Below are positions 33,591 through 45,974 of a DNA stretch of 64,000 nucleotides, one piece after another; the stretch's first letter is position 1, and every line of letters starts with the position of its first letter. A program made the translations under genes and the position numbers. The DNA lies in contig JBNJNM010000011.1 of assembly GCA_052426225.1 (NCBI GenBank), forward strand, positions 4,712,001 through 4,776,000, written 5' to 3'. This DNA is from Zancudomyces culisetae HAW-14-8 (Eukaryota > Fungi > Kickxellomycota). Under the pieces are notes generated by a model, which searched no databases, had not been told where the DNA came from, and saw nothing but the letters and a program-made list of their open reading frames with translations.

Positions 33591-36500
33591 TCATTCGGGT
33601 CCTCGACTTCCTCCTCCTCCTCCTCCTCCTCCTCTTTCCCGATCTCTCTCCATTTTGGATACAAATCCTACTAAGTCCATTGCTCGTTTTACAAACTCGA
33701 TACCCAACCGCTTGATCTCGGCATGCTCAGCAACTGCGAGCAGATCAATCACCAGCATGTTTAGTCCTTTTGCCTCTACTCCTTGTTGGGGTTGAACTAG
33801 CGCCCGTAAAACCATGTTGTTCTTGTGGCCCTTGATGCTATGAATGTCATGCAAGTCAGCTGGGATCAGAAGCACAAGGTTTTTTAGTACTCTGATGAGC
33901 AGACGTGTCAGGTAGTACTTGCGCCCTGTATCACTTTCCCCGCTTCCCTCGCTTCCCTCGCTATTACTTTCAATCTCATACAACTGCTGCTCTCGTTGTT
34001 GTTCTTGGAGGATGTGGATGTATTCGAGAATAACTGCGTTAAGCGCATGCACCAATTCATCCAATAGTACACGTGCCATAGCGGTCTCCTCGCTGCCACA
34101 TTCTTGTTTATCGTTGTCTTTGTTTTGCTCAAGATTGATACTTGTTATTAGCTTAATGCTACCAAAGAGCATTTCCAGGTATACAGACATTGCCGAATTT
34201 TCGAGCCTTTTGATCTCCATTTCCGCGCTCAACCTCCCATCTACGCTCGCCTTGACCTCACTGTTGTTGATTGTGCCACTATTCTTATCTAACTGATCAA
34301 AGGGTTTTGTTGATTGGGAATACGATAGAATCTCTTTTAAAATGAGGTTTGACCACACGGTCATCATCCTAACCTTTCCCATCCTCATCTCCATCTTCAT
34401 TTCCATCTCCATCTTCGTTTTCATCTCCATTTCTATTCCAACACCACTATCACCATCACTGTTTGCTGTCGGTTCTTCAGTATTTGTATTGGGGGTTAGA
34501 AACAACTTTCGTGTGAATTGGAGTATTTCCATCATAACTTCACAGTTTGTCATCACCAACACCATATAATTACAATTCACACTGTTCTTGCCATTTTTAC
34601 TGTTGGCATTGCTACCGTGGGCGAACACCAGCGTTTCCAGCAACTGTGTAATGAACCTCTGTGCCACATTAAAGGTTTCATCTACAACTATAAGTTCATC
34701 ACTGCCAGTGCCAGACTCGGACCGCTTCACATCCATTTCCAACGGTTTCATGTTTTCTTTTACTGGACTGCAGGTTAAAATGCGCGCCAAAAGATCCAAA
34801 CTGCTTCCAACAATTACAACAACTTTCTCGTAGTATCCACAATCATCCACATGCCCAAGTTCAAGACCGCGCACGGATGATAGATAACTTATATGCTTGA
34901 TACTGTTATGAATGTGAGTATACAAGTTTTCTACCAACTCGACTTGTGCGTTGGTGTTGTGTATTTGCTGCACGTACAATGAGTTCCATTTCTCTGTAAT
35001 CAGGGTGTATATCTCTATATCACCAAATTTCTTGACTACTTGGGTATCCAAAATTCCATACACAACTCTGCAAATATGCACAAGTAGTTCTGGTGTACTG
35101 GTGTTTTGTGCCATTAGCTCGGCTAGTCGGTTGACCCACATACAAATTGTAATTTCCTGGAGTATTCGGCGTTTTCTGTGGTACCCATTGTTACTTACTG
35201 GCAATGCAAACTCAAGATTAATGGTTTTATGCGAGGAAAACATGCTATTTGTGAAGGTACAAAGATCAAGAGGCGGTACTGTGTCCTTCGAGATTGATAC
35301 AATCTGCTCCAGGACATCTAACACATCCATCTTATCCCCGTTGTTCTCACCACCTCCACTATCACAGTTTTCACCATTAGTATTAGTATTAGTATTAGTA
35401 TTAGTATTAGTATTAGTATTAGTATTAGTATTAGTATTAGTATTAGTATTAGTATCATTTCTGGTACTAATGCTACGCAGATTCAAATTATTGATTATCA
35501 CCCCCCACAACCTCAGGATTTGTGCGGTGTTTGGTTCGCCACATTCACTCCTTTCGCTTTTAAGATTTACATCACTCTTTCTATTACCTGAGGTAGTATT
35601 TATATGTCGATCGTTCTTGTTACGGACATGAGTAGTGCCAGAGTTTTTCCCTTTTGAGATGTGTAGTTCATTCATCTTCAAGAAGCTTATCCCACTGCCG
35701 GTACTAGACTGGTTAAAACTCGACTTAATGTTTGTCCGGAATTCGACTGAGTTACCACTATCGCAACCATGGTCTTTAGCGGCATAATCAAAGTGCTGGA
35801 ACAACTCGTGTACGTCGTATGACTCATTGCTACCAAAATCATATACCAAAACACCAGTAAGCTCTGTCAACAACTCGTTTATTGCTCGTTGGTTTTTGCT
35901 TCTACGCATTTTGTCGTTGTACTCTGTAGTGATAAGCAAAGTCACAATTTCAACCATCATTTTAATGTTTCTGGAAAGCATAGTTTCCAAAGTTGTATTA
36001 ACTACAATTGTTGTGCTCTTTTCATTGACGTTGTCTTGGCTTTCGTTTCGGGCTCCACCAGTGTACTGAACATCTGGTTTATTACCTCTATTATTGTTGT
36101 ACCTGCTATTGTGCAATCCTGACTTTACAGATGTGAGAATCTCGACTACCAATACTTTATATTCCATTTTGTCGTTTATCAACCGAATCACTCGTTCTTC
36201 TGCTTCTGCTTTTATGCTCTTTGTAGGAATAACATTTTCTGTATCAGGATGCACGTGTTCATCCTCTTTTATATTAAAAATCTCTGCTCTGTCTTTATTC
36301 TTATACTTATACGCCAAAACTATGGATCCCACCCTACTAATGTTTCTGAGAATTGACTTAAGCATTCCCAGTATTGCTTTGACAACTTTTTGACCGCTAT
36401 CAATATCATACATATTGCTCTCGCATTCATACTCGTCAGCACTAGCGCCAGTATCAGCACCAGTACCAGTGCACTCAGATTTTTGCTGTGACGCTCGTGC

Positions 36501-39500
36501 TATTACAGATAGCATTTCGTATATAAAGTTCAGCAAGGCATACTGTACGTGAACATTACTTGCATTTTGTGCGATTTGAACTACTGGATCTAGCAAGCTG
36601 GCCATCACTATATTTATTCGTGCCTGTTCATCGTGCAAGTGACCACTAGCAACTTCAAGATCCACGTTTATTGATTTTTTGTACTTATTCACAATCGAGA
36701 TATACAGTCTGACCAGCGTTTCAGTTGCAATAAGTCTTATTGAACTGCATCCACACATACACACGCCCTTTGCTAGTCTGATTTCCTTACATAACTGGTT
36801 GATATAATACTGATGTGAACTGTAGTTTCCGCTGCTTGTTTTTAGCTTCAGTGACTGCATAAGATTGGGATCTATATTGCAGGTGGCTGCATCGTTGCAT
36901 TTAATCAGACTTGCCAGTGCACGCGCTAGTATTTTGTATTTTTGTATTGATTCAAAGAACGAATCGGGACATAAAACATCTAGGTCAATATTCGGGTCCA
37001 TGTCACCACTTTTATCTACATTTGCATTTGAATTTACATTTAAATCAGTATCCGCAATTGTGTTTATATTGCTAGGCTGTAAAATCTGCGTTGTTTTTCC
37101 AAATGTGATCTCATCATTATATACTTTTACCAAATTGTTTGCAAATCTCAGCAATATATAAGTACACATTGTTTTGTTTTGAGAAATGTTTAGGTTTAGC
37201 CACTGGTCGCTTCTACTTGATTCGGTTGAATTTTGAGTAGCTTGTCCAAAACCACACAAATTTTCATTAAACACTTCAATGTCGTCAGCACTATAGCTTT
37301 TTGAGTCTGCTGCTATGCTGCCGCTGGTAGTACTGCTGATATTTTCATTGCTATTTGAGCTAAAACTACTATCACTCGTGCTGTTGCCGTTTTGAAGTTC
37401 TACATAATCAAAAAATACATCAGGCAGAAATTGCGTGACCACAACTGGATAGCTATTCATCCGGGCTTCGGAAGATCCAGGCTTATTTCTGTCCTGAGTC
37501 TCTTGGTTATTCATGATTCCAGGGTTTTGTTCATCTAAATCACACCCTCCTGATCCTGATATACAGTCCAGGTGTTTTAGTTCCATCACAGTAACTTGGC
37601 TCGTCCCAATAAGAAATTTGAGGATTGAAGACGTCTTATTCGTATCCAATATTTCTTTCATTGCACAGTTTATCTTGTATAGTAATTGTGAACTTTTTTG
37701 TCTTGCCTTCCACTTGCTTCCGCTTTTGCTACGATTGACGTGTACATTTAAAACCTCGTTTTTAGCTTTTCCGGATCCAAGCCTAGAATCTGGCTTTAAC
37801 CCAATCACCTTTCCTTTGCCTCTTATTTTGTTTTTCTTCTCCTTTCCACTAAGAGTTCGCGTAAACAGTGCAGGGTCATACTTTTTTCTACAAATACCTG
37901 TGTCGCTTTTGCTCATTTCATACTCGCTCTCGCTATCACTAACATTATTTAAGCTTCCTGCAGGCGCATTTTTATTACTAACATGTTCATAGCTCAATGC
38001 TTTAAATTGGCGATGTTGAAGCCGTCTATTTTTAGCTTGTGTGTGGTTAAGGTCATTTGCTATTTTGGTTGTTTCGCGGTGTACTATAAGAGAAAACGTT
38101 TCCATAATCTGGTAGAAGTGTTCAACCTGCAAATATTCGAGGTTTTCGTAAAATACCTCGATTAGCGCCTCTGTTGCCTGCTGGTTTTTCCATTGTTCTT
38201 CAGAGACCTTTCTGGTAAGTCCTATCATTTGTACAAGTGTGGTTAAAAACGCATTAACCTCAAACCCACTACCGTTGTTTCCAAGACCATCTACTTGACT
38301 TCCAATCTGCCTAAACCCCAAGTATATACACTTTTTCATTATTAGCAGGATGTTTATCAATAAAATTCTTGTATTTTTATCTAGTGTATTCCTAACACCC
38401 CCAGATCTTTGCAATTCCTGGATATCATTTATTTGCCGCTGTTGTGTTAGCTGAGTAAATTTCATTGCAAAATCAAACCCGTTTTTAGTCGTGGTGGATG
38501 TATCTATACCTTCAAAGGCTTGTGAAGCCATAGCTATGAGTGACGTCCAAACATTCTCCAAACACAACATATATGGTATTTTTTGCCGAAAATTTGACAT
38601 ACCAATGAGAGTTTCGCAGATATCTGATCCTTTATTTCTTACCAAGTGCTCTAAAGTCAGATACTTCTTTTTATTTCCTTCCTGTGTATCCTTTTCGACT
38701 ATTTTCCTTATTTTTGAATGAATAATTTCTGATAACCTTGAATGTGAGTGCCCCACATTCCCATCTCTCCCAAAAATATACTCGTGGAATTCATTTAAAT
38801 TTATATTTCCGCTTTCCATAATCTGATAAAACACATCATCATCAACATCTTCAAGCTGTTGTATATCAACTCGATAAAAGTATAACACGGTTGCAATGTA
38901 GCCAAAATTATAGAAGTGATGCATTCCCATATACACGGTAGCTAAACATTCCTCCGTCTCATCACCACTTGTTTGCCGCTTTGTGGCATATTTCAGTGAG
39001 ATAGCAAACAAAGTTGACTCTACATCTGCATAGCTCTGGTAACTTTTTGAGCGCAACAACTCAAACAACTCTTCAATAAAGCTATCAAGTAAAATTATAC
39101 CCTCATTGTTCAATAACTCCTTTCCATTATCGTACTCTTTAACTTCAAAACTATCGTTTCTTCTGAGGCTATTCTTTGGTTCAGATTTGCTGCCTGTTGC
39201 TACAATCTTCGGTTGTATGTGCATACATATCGGTGTTATTTTTTCGGCTTGTTGTTGTGTATCTTGCAAAAATTTTGCCTCGAGATCTGCAAAATCGTCA
39301 ACAAAGATAGTAAAACATGTTAGAAGACCTTCAAGCGCTAATAGTGCCACCTTTCGCTGATACTTTATGTAGTTTATATAGCTTTTACCACCAGAAAACG
39401 ACTTTCCCTTTCGTATTTCCGAGCTTATCGCTTTAGTAGCATTCAAAATGTTTTTTACAAGCGCAGTTGATGTGATTTGTTTTTCGTAGCCTTTCAGGAT

Positions 39501-41534
39501 ACTATTACCAGTACTGTTATTTTCTTGAGCTCTAATATTTTCTTCAATATCTTTTAGCAATATTTCGCTACAATCAGGTGAAAACAGTGTTATTCCCTCT
39601 TTTACTTTGCTGCAAAGCGTTTCCACTATCCGATTATAACATCGGGATTTTTCCATTTCAAACCTCGACAAAGATTTCTGGCTATACCCACTCATTCGAT
39701 TGTCATTATGATCATCTGAATAATCTTGTTGTGTCTTTCTCACTGTGTATTTATCTTCTATTGAAATCGAAGCAGAAACACAAACAGAGATTTCATCCAT
39801 ATCACCCACTTGTATGGAATTTTTATCATAATCAAGTAGAAACAGAAACGAGTTTTTTATTCCTAGAATCATGATTAGAGCCTTTAATGCCATTGTTTGA
39901 CAAGTCTTTGTGTTTTGATAGTACCTTTCTTCTTGACCGGCATCTTCGTTTTGCTGTCTATCCATAGAATTTATATATTTAAATGTCGATTGCTCCACAA
40001 CCTTTTTCGAAGCCAGTGGAAGATATACCATCAGAATTATGTTCCGAATCTCTGTCACTGAAAAAAGCGTACACTCTACTAAAATGACATTGATAAATAT
40101 GTGGTTGACTCTTTCAAGAATTGATGGCGATCTAATCATACCAAATGTTACCAATATGTTTGGAACAAATCTTAAAAGATATCTACTGACTATGTCACTT
40201 TGTATAAAATCATTCTTTGGAACTTTAATTGCGCACGTTAATAGCTCTAGAAGCAGGATGAGCTTGCTTTCTACTCCCTTACTTGACACTGTAATTGTTG
40301 AGGATGTAGTATACATTTCTATAGCTTTACTGTCAAACTCAGACATACAAAGTTTTGAATTTCCATGTACAATCTGTGCCAACATAGTTTGCTTGTCCCA
40401 CAGCCGAAGCTCCTTTGTACTACCAAAAAGTTTGTCAGAGTAATAATAGCACCAACTGATTAATTGAACAAATAACATCTGACTAATTTTTGATTTGTAT
40501 GACGTACCATTGCTCTTGTGGTTGCATTTAGACTCCTCAACAGCATCCGTATCCGGGTGTATAAACGCAACCGTGCAGTAGTGCTGAAATATATGTTTTA
40601 ACAGACGTCTACTAATCTCCCTTGATGACTGGTATTCCGAACGCACTGCATTATTTGCCAATGTTTGGCAAATACAAGCAAATGTTTCCTGGGAAAACGG
40701 AACCTCAGTTTGGTTTGATGTTGTTTCTAAAACCATGTTGATAAACTCCAATGCTTGGGTTTCAAGCTTTTCATATCTATTGTTAAGACTCTTACTGTAC
40801 TGTCCGTATATCAATTTACAGGTCATATGTATAATCATGTCTATCCATTTCTGACCAGTACTTTGTTCAGAGTCATTTATTGTTTCCTCTTCATTTTTCT
40901 TTGTAATGGGTTGGAAGGATTCACCAACCAGTTCATATATTTTCTCCAAGGCCACCTCGGCTTGGACGCAATTCCATAACCCGAAACCGTTCTCAATATC
41001 CAACTCTGGAAACCCATTACCATTGTAAATTTGCTCATTATTGGTATCCGCAATAGCCTCTCTCCTTTTTTCCTTTTGATCGTGCCTTTCTCTTCCAAAC
41101 ATCCAGAAGAATCCATCCTTTCCCTTCTCGCGTTTATTTTTTATTCTACTTATCTCCTCCTGCTCACTTATCTGGTCTTTGGTCTTCCATTTTTCATACC
41201 AAATTGTTGTTCTTCCCGGCTGAGAGCGTGTGTCCAAAATACTTTTTGAAATATCATTATCTGACTCCATTATTTTGATAAGTATTATTAAGATGATAGT
41301 GCTCAAGCTATGTGAATCATTTTTTTTGAGGCAATTACATGTGAGATATGTAAGGTCCTCGACCATATCTTCGACAGTACCATTTGGTAACTCGCTACTC
41401 GTGTTTAACTTGTACCATTTCTTCAGCGTTAACTCACAAAGTTGAGATATGTCGACTTGGTTTTGGTAGTCCGCCTCCTTCTTCAATAACTTTATACCCT
41501 CCTCAATAACTTTCCAACTGCCTTGGGTGTACAT
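33591..41534 (-). CDS. highly diverged BIG/Sec7-family large Arf-GEF-like protein (DCB-HUS-degenerate Sec7-HDS)
   Basis: 2647 aa. By-eye matches to BIG/Sec7 as recalled: DCB (LETQALEFINMVL...TFACICQTL.N..V.S), HUS (SKLILLLELL...FLLDYDKNS...YNRIVETL), ALLALEGLL, HDS1 (MLCLENVWTSLIAM.SQ; NAFLTTL...KNQQATEALI). No FRLPGE motif. Confidence 0.65.
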   Translation of the reverse strand: MYTQGSWKVIEEGIKLLKKEADYQNQVDISQLCELTLKKWYKLNTSSELPNGTVEDMVEDLTYLTCNCLKKNDSHSLSTIILIILIKIMESDNDISKSILDTRSQPGRTTIWYEKWKTKDQISEQEEISRIKNKREKGKDGFFWMFGRERHDQKEKRREAIADTNNEQIYNGNGFPELDIENGFGLWNCVQAEVALEKIYELVGESFQPITKKNEEETINDSEQSTGQKWIDMIIHMTCKLIYGQYSKSLNNRYEKLETQALEFINMVLETTSNQTEVPFSQETFACICQTLANNAVRSEYQSSREISRRLLKHIFQHYCTVAFIHPDTDAVEESKCNHKSNGTSYKSKISQMLFVQLISWCYYYSDKLFGSTKELRLWDKQTMLAQIVHGNSKLCMSEFDSKAIEMYTTSSTITVSSKGVESKLILLLELLTCAIKVPKNDFIQSDIVSRYLLRFVPNILVTFGMIRSPSILERVNHIFINVILVECTLFSVTEIRNIILMVYLPLASKKVVEQSTFKYINSMDRQQNEDAGQEERYYQNTKTCQTMALKALIMILGIKNSFLFLLDYDKNSIQVGDMDEISVCVSASISIEDKYTVRKTQQDYSDDHNDNRMSGYSQKSLSRFEMEKSRCYNRIVETLCSKVKEGITLFSPDCSEILLKDIEENIRAQENNSTGNSILKGYEKQITSTALVKNILNATKAISSEIRKGKSFSGGKSYINYIKYQRKVALLALEGLLTCFTIFVDDFADLEAKFLQDTQQQAEKITPICMHIQPKIVATGSKSEPKNSLRRNDSFEVKEYDNGKELLNNEGIILLDSFIEELFELLRSKSYQSYADVESTLFAISLKYATKRQTSGDETEECLATVYMGMHHFYNFGYIATVLYFYRVDIQQLEDVDDDVFYQIMESGNINLNEFHEYIFGRDGNVGHSHSRLSEIIHSKIRKIVEKDTQEGNKKKYLTLEHLVRNKGSDICETLIGMSNFRQKIPYMLCLENVWTSLIAMASQAFEGIDTSTTTKNGFDFAMKFTQLTQQRQINDIQELQRSGGVRNTLDKNTRILLINILLIMKKCIYLGFRQIGSQVDGLGNNGSGFEVNAFLTTLVQMIGLTRKVSEEQWKNQQATEALIEVFYENLEYLQVEHFYQIMETFSLIVHRETTKIANDLNHTQAKNRRLQHRQFKALSYEHVSNKNAPAGSLNNVSDSESEYEMSKSDTGICRKKYDPALFTRTLSGKEKKNKIRGKGKVIGLKPDSRLGSGKAKNEVLNVHVNRSKSGSKWKARQKSSQLLYKINCAMKEILDTNKTSSILKFLIGTSQVTVMELKHLDCISGSGGCDLDEQNPGIMNNQETQDRNKPGSSEARMNSYPVVVTQFLPDVFFDYVELQNGNSTSDSSFSSNSNENISSTTSGSIAADSKSYSADDIEVFNENLCGFGQATQNSTESSRSDQWLNLNISQNKTMCTYILLRFANNLVKVYNDEITFGKTTQILQPSNINTIADTDLNVNSNANVDKSGDMDPNIDLDVLCPDSFFESIQKYKILARALASLIKCNDAATCNIDPNLMQSLKLKTSSGNYSSHQYYINQLCKEIRLAKGVCMCGCSSIRLIATETLVRLYISIVNKYKKSINVDLEVASGHLHDEQARINIVMASLLDPVVQIAQNASNVHVQYALLNFIYEMLSVIARASQQKSECTGTGADTGASADEYECESNMYDIDSGQKVVKAILGMLKSILRNISRVGSIVLAYKYKNKDRAEIFNIKEDEHVHPDTENVIPTKSIKAEAEERVIRLINDKMEYKVLVVEILTSVKSGLHNSRYNNNRGNKPDVQYTGGARNESQDNVNEKSTTIVVNTTLETMLSRNIKMMVEIVTLLITTEYNDKMRRSKNQRAINELLTELTGVLVYDFGSNESYDVHELFQHFDYAAKDHGCDSGNSVEFRTNIKSSFNQSSTGSGISFLKMNELHISKGKNSGTTHVRNKNDRHINTTSGNRKSDVNLKSERSECGEPNTAQILRLWGVIINNLNLRSISTRNDTNTNTNTNTNTNTNTNTNTNTNTNTNGENCDSGGGENNGDKMDVLDVLEQIVSISKDTVPPLDLCTFTNSMFSSHKTINLEFALPVSNNGYHRKRRILQEITICMWVNRLAELMAQNTSTPELLVHICRVVYGILDTQVVKKFGDIEIYTLITEKWNSLYVQQIHNTNAQVELVENLYTHIHNSIKHISYLSSVRGLELGHVDDCGYYEKVVVIVGSSLDLLARILTCSPVKENMKPLEMDVKRSESGTGSDELIVVDETFNVAQRFITQLLETLVFAHGSNANSKNGKNSVNCNYMVLVMTNCEVMMEILQFTRKLFLTPNTNTEEPTANSDGDSGVGIEMEMKTKMEMEMKMEMRMGKVRMMTVWSNLILKEILSYSQSTKPFDQLDKNSGTINNSEVKASVDGRLSAEMEIKRLENSAMSVYLEMLFGSIKLITSINLEQNKDNDKQECGSEETAMARVLLDELVHALNAVILEYIHILQEQQREQQLYEIESNSEGSEGSGESDTGRKYYLTRLLIRVLKNLVLLIPADLHDIHSIKGHKNNMVLRALVQPQQGVEAKGLNMLVIDLLAVAEHAEIKRLGIEFVKRAMDLVGFVSKMERDRERGGGGGGGGSRGPE
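35376..35453. repeat. (ATTAGT)13 coding microsatellite encoding (TN)13
   Basis: Perfect hexamer run inside the Sec7-like ORF. Confidence 0.95.
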
Positions 41535-44500
41535 TTTTTTTTCTTTTTCCTCTGATGTAACAATTTTCGTGTAACCAATATTCTTTAAATCAGAACTCTA
41601 GTTATGTCAATAGTAGCCGTTGTATTTAGCTATGGTGAATATATCCAATTTGTGGTATCCTAATGGCAATATTAACAAGAAAACTTTGGCTATCAACAGT
41701 TGGATGTTTAAGTTTTATTAATACTCTGCGCCAGTGTTTCTATGAAGCGCAAGTATATACTCTCAAATTGAAAATATAAAGTATGTTTAAATATATATTG
41801 ATCGAAATACTTTAGTAGCTAGCAACCTTAGAATAAAAATATTATTTTCTTTAGTACTACCCAATAATTAAAAATTAAGGAGGAAAAAAAATGGTAAAAG
41901 ATCTAGCAAAAGGGTTCTGACAATGCTTACTACAAATACAGCTGTCTCGCGTATAATTTTGTTAGTATTCATGTATCAGTACATATATTCGATGGTATTA
42001 TTGGCTGGTAGAACACTACGTTTTCCACAATCTTAAAAATACTAGCATGCAAAAGATTAAAGTTATGAATAAATGTGAATAAAAATAAGTACATCCCAAG
42101 ATTAATAAAGTATAATGTGCAACAATTTTGATATATGGTTTTGCGAGCTATTCTTTATTTCTGTTTTAGCCGCACCAATAATCTCAACCCTTTCACTCCA
42201 ACAAAAACTCATTTATCGTGCTTGATATTTTTATTCCGTTTAATGTATTGTGTTCTTTGCTTTAGCTTTTTGATCATGTAAAACATTTGTACAAATCTGC
42301 AAAGTGCAGCTAAAAATATTTCACTTGTTTAGGTGCTGATGCTAGTCCAGTGCTAGTATCATCCATAATACAGATTTGCAAAAAAGAGTGGTAGTTATAC
42401 CTATAGAGTTATAGGTCGCCTCTACTTTATACAGCAAAGTAAATTTTAACAAGCGAATTGGCAACATTGAGCTTAGAATGGAACATAGATGTTAAATTGG
42501 AGTATCTATTTCCTTTGCATTTTATCATTTGTATTTCCCCACAATTAGAAAATAGCAAACTTGTTTCGCAGTTTTTATTCTCATTTTTATATCGATTTTA
42601 TCTTTTGTAGCCTATTACTTTGCTTATTTATTTAAATTCTCTGTTATCCCAGAAAAAAGTGTAGCTGTGTTGTGTTGTAACAAAAATTGCTATATTATCG
42701 ATTTTTGTATTCTCCAACGATGTAAAGAATCCACTAATTTCAAAAATAAAGTCAGAAAATATTATTGACTAAACGTATAAAACGCTGTACAGATATCCAA
42801 ACCAACTCACCCTTTCTCCTTCTCCACGCCCTGATATTTCAATCTTTAGCCATTATTGTACTTCTACAATGCAATAAATTTTAGTTATATGTGTTTACAT
42901 TGAGCATAACAAACGAAACTTGCAAATGTGCCTTAAAATAGGAGCTTTATCATATACATAAGAGAAAACTCAAAGAAATGGAGACAAGGTTAAGTCAAAG
43001 TTAACTTTTGACCCGGACCTGGGTGACAGATATGACATATCATATATGATTATATTTTTATATTTTAAGGAAAAAGGGGGTCTGCAAGCATAGATTGATT
43101 TGAAAGCTAATAGTTGCAGTGTCACGAGGATGGAATACATCAAAAATGCAAACTTGAACAACTTGGTTTTTTTTTGTCTGGTAAATGGCTGCTATTCTGT
43201 ATAAAGATATTGAAAGGTTGTTTCTAGTTGTATTAAAAAGTACAAGAGAACAAAGAAAGAATTATAGCAATCCTATCCTCTTATTACTACCATTGTTACA
43301 TCGAATCATACAAAATAAATGGTGTACACTTCAGTATGCTTTTAAAATTGCGCCTTTTGTGGTTGGTATGACTACAAGTGTAGAATTTTCTCACTTTTTT
43401 TCTTAGTATAGGTGGCTGGTGTAATTTGTACTAGGCTGCATGTATAACTAGCTGTCTGGTAATACGAGAAGTGATAACGCCTTTAAAACCCTAGTCTTTG
43501 AGATCACTATTTTGTACTATCATTCGACACCACTTTTACTAATCTGTAAACTTCCGAGTCCAGATACTCATAATGGACAAGGCTATAAAAAATTTTTTTG
43601 AGTGCCAATTTTTGGTGAACAAAAAAATGGGACCGATAAGACTCATTGTGATACAACTAGTTGTCGCGTTTACATTCTTTTATTGGATAGTGTGATTGTT
43701 TTTCTGACGAAAGTAAGACTTTTGAGGTCTCAACAAACGAAAAGAGAAAGATAAAGACAAATAACAAATGGGTGTATGTATTGCTTTTATCTATACATGT
43801 TTATGTTTACATTGCAAACACCATAAATTAAATATAATGCTTTGAAACAAAAAAATGAACGGTTTATGATATGTTGCAGAAATTGAGTGATTGGTGTGTT
43901 TGTATTGCATTCTACTTTACCAAGTACAAAGTTCGGTTAAATTATGCCTCCTTGAGAAACTCAACTCAGTCAAGGAGATGGGAAGGGAAAGCAAGCGAGC
44001 AAATGTGTAAGAAAAAAGTATCATTATAGGCCATTTTGCCATTTCCTTCTGGAAAGGGAAAATGTGTGTAATTGGGTCATGCGTGCTTTTCCGCAGTAAG
44101 AAAAAACAAACTGTTTCCCTCTTCCCTCTTCCCTCTTCCCTTCTGCTTCCTCTCACCCTCTCAAGTAAGTTGAATTTTATTTTTAGATACAGCATTTGTT
44201 AATTTCACATGTACTGTGAAATGAGCAAAATTCTTATGTTACCAGGTTAATAAGAGTAAAAACTATTACGTAATATCCGGCAATTTACATTATACAATTT
44301 GCTTATAGATTAAAACGGATATTTTGGAAACCAAAAAAAAGTATAATAAAAAGTTGGTAGCTAGGTAAACCCACCTCCGGACGCATGTAAAGCCCGTATT
44401 GGTGTTGCGGAGGAAAATCTACAAGATTGTTTTCTGCGAAGCTGGATATCTTCTAAAATAAACAAAAAAACCATATTGGCCACCAACTTTAGATGTGCTA

Positions 44501-45952
44501 TACTGTTTACAGATGGTTATTTTTATCTTTTGGAAACAGCAAAATCCAAACAAATGATTTTCATGGCTCGCTTTTTATTTTTGTGCACTGAAGAACAGGG
44601 ATAAATGAAAAAGTGTATGAACTAGAGTAGTGAATGTATGGTAAATGAAGTTATTTAAGGCTGTGGTGGTATGGATTGGCTAATAAAGTGAATCCATGAA
44701 TAGTAATGGCTGGGTGCTTTAAAAAATATAAACAATATTAAAAAATCTACGTAGAATTGGAAATAGACCATCCTTTCCCGAAAGTATTTTTTTGGTGAAT
44801 GGTAATCCAATAGCACTGAAAAATAAATACTTCATTGTAATCCTCAAGGTGTATTCAACGCGAACGAAAATGATGGATAATTTCAATTTTCACAAAGTGT
44901 TGAGCGAAATGTAGGAAGATCTTTTTGTATGTAGAGATGACATCAAACATACATTGACGCATAGGGTTCGACAAGCCAAAACAATGTGACCCTAAAAGTC
45001 AAAAATATCAGCTATTACATATGTATTGAGGTGCAGGTCAGGTCGTGATAGGTAAGGTCTTTATTTTTTTGTGGGTTTAGATTGGAACAAAAAAAGATAG
45101 CATCCAAAGCGACATCAGTGGGGGGGAATGCAGGGAATGCTAGCAAATGACAGCCAGTATCGGAAGCTGGGAACGGTACTATGTTTAGAACTGGGACTTG
45201 GTGAATGCTTACTAATTACAAAAAATGGAACGGATTAGTTGTAGCATTGCTCTTAGGATGTGCGCAATTGGCTCTTTGCAAATATAATTTACCTATCAAA
45301 TACTATTGCATTACAAACATTGCAGGGGTTTAAGTAAAAAAATTTAACTCGATTTCTTGATGTAAAGCTACTTAATTGATCAACTTTTAAGATAAATAAA
45401 CTAAAGTAAAACTAAATTAAAACTAAAACAAAATTAAAACAAAAGGCTATTGGAAATAAAATGGCAGATTGCAAAGAAATAAACTAATAAGCCGTCCATT
45501 AAATTACTGGCGTATACTGTTGTGTTATAATGTTATTTGTAAAATAATTTAGTAATTAAAAAGCACAATTAGCTTTTGAGGTTTCCAAAATACCAGTAAA
45601 TGTAATTTGGTGGGAAAAAAAAAGTATTTTGGGGAGGCCAAGGAGAGAAGGATATGAGGGATTGGTGCGAGTACATTCGAGGAAAAGCCATCATACTGTT
45701 CGTTAACAAACAGTGCTGTTAGCCAAGAATAGCAAAAGAAATAAAAGAAAAGAAATAAAGAAATAAATAGAAAATTAAAGTATGGCGATGATGCTTGTTC
45801 GAGTTAAAAATTTTTTATTGTTGTATTGTGATAGCTAACAATGGCCAACATATATTGTTAAAACCGAATAAAGTATATCAACACCAGTAAAAAAAAAAAG
45901 AAAGAAACAACAGGTCGAAAAAAATTGGGTGTTTTGAATATACCTTTTTGAC

Positions 45953-45974
45953 TATCTATCTATCTATCTATCTA
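45953..45974. repeat. (TATC)n microsatellite
   Basis: About 5 copies upstream of the first P4-ATPase gene. Confidence 0.8.
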
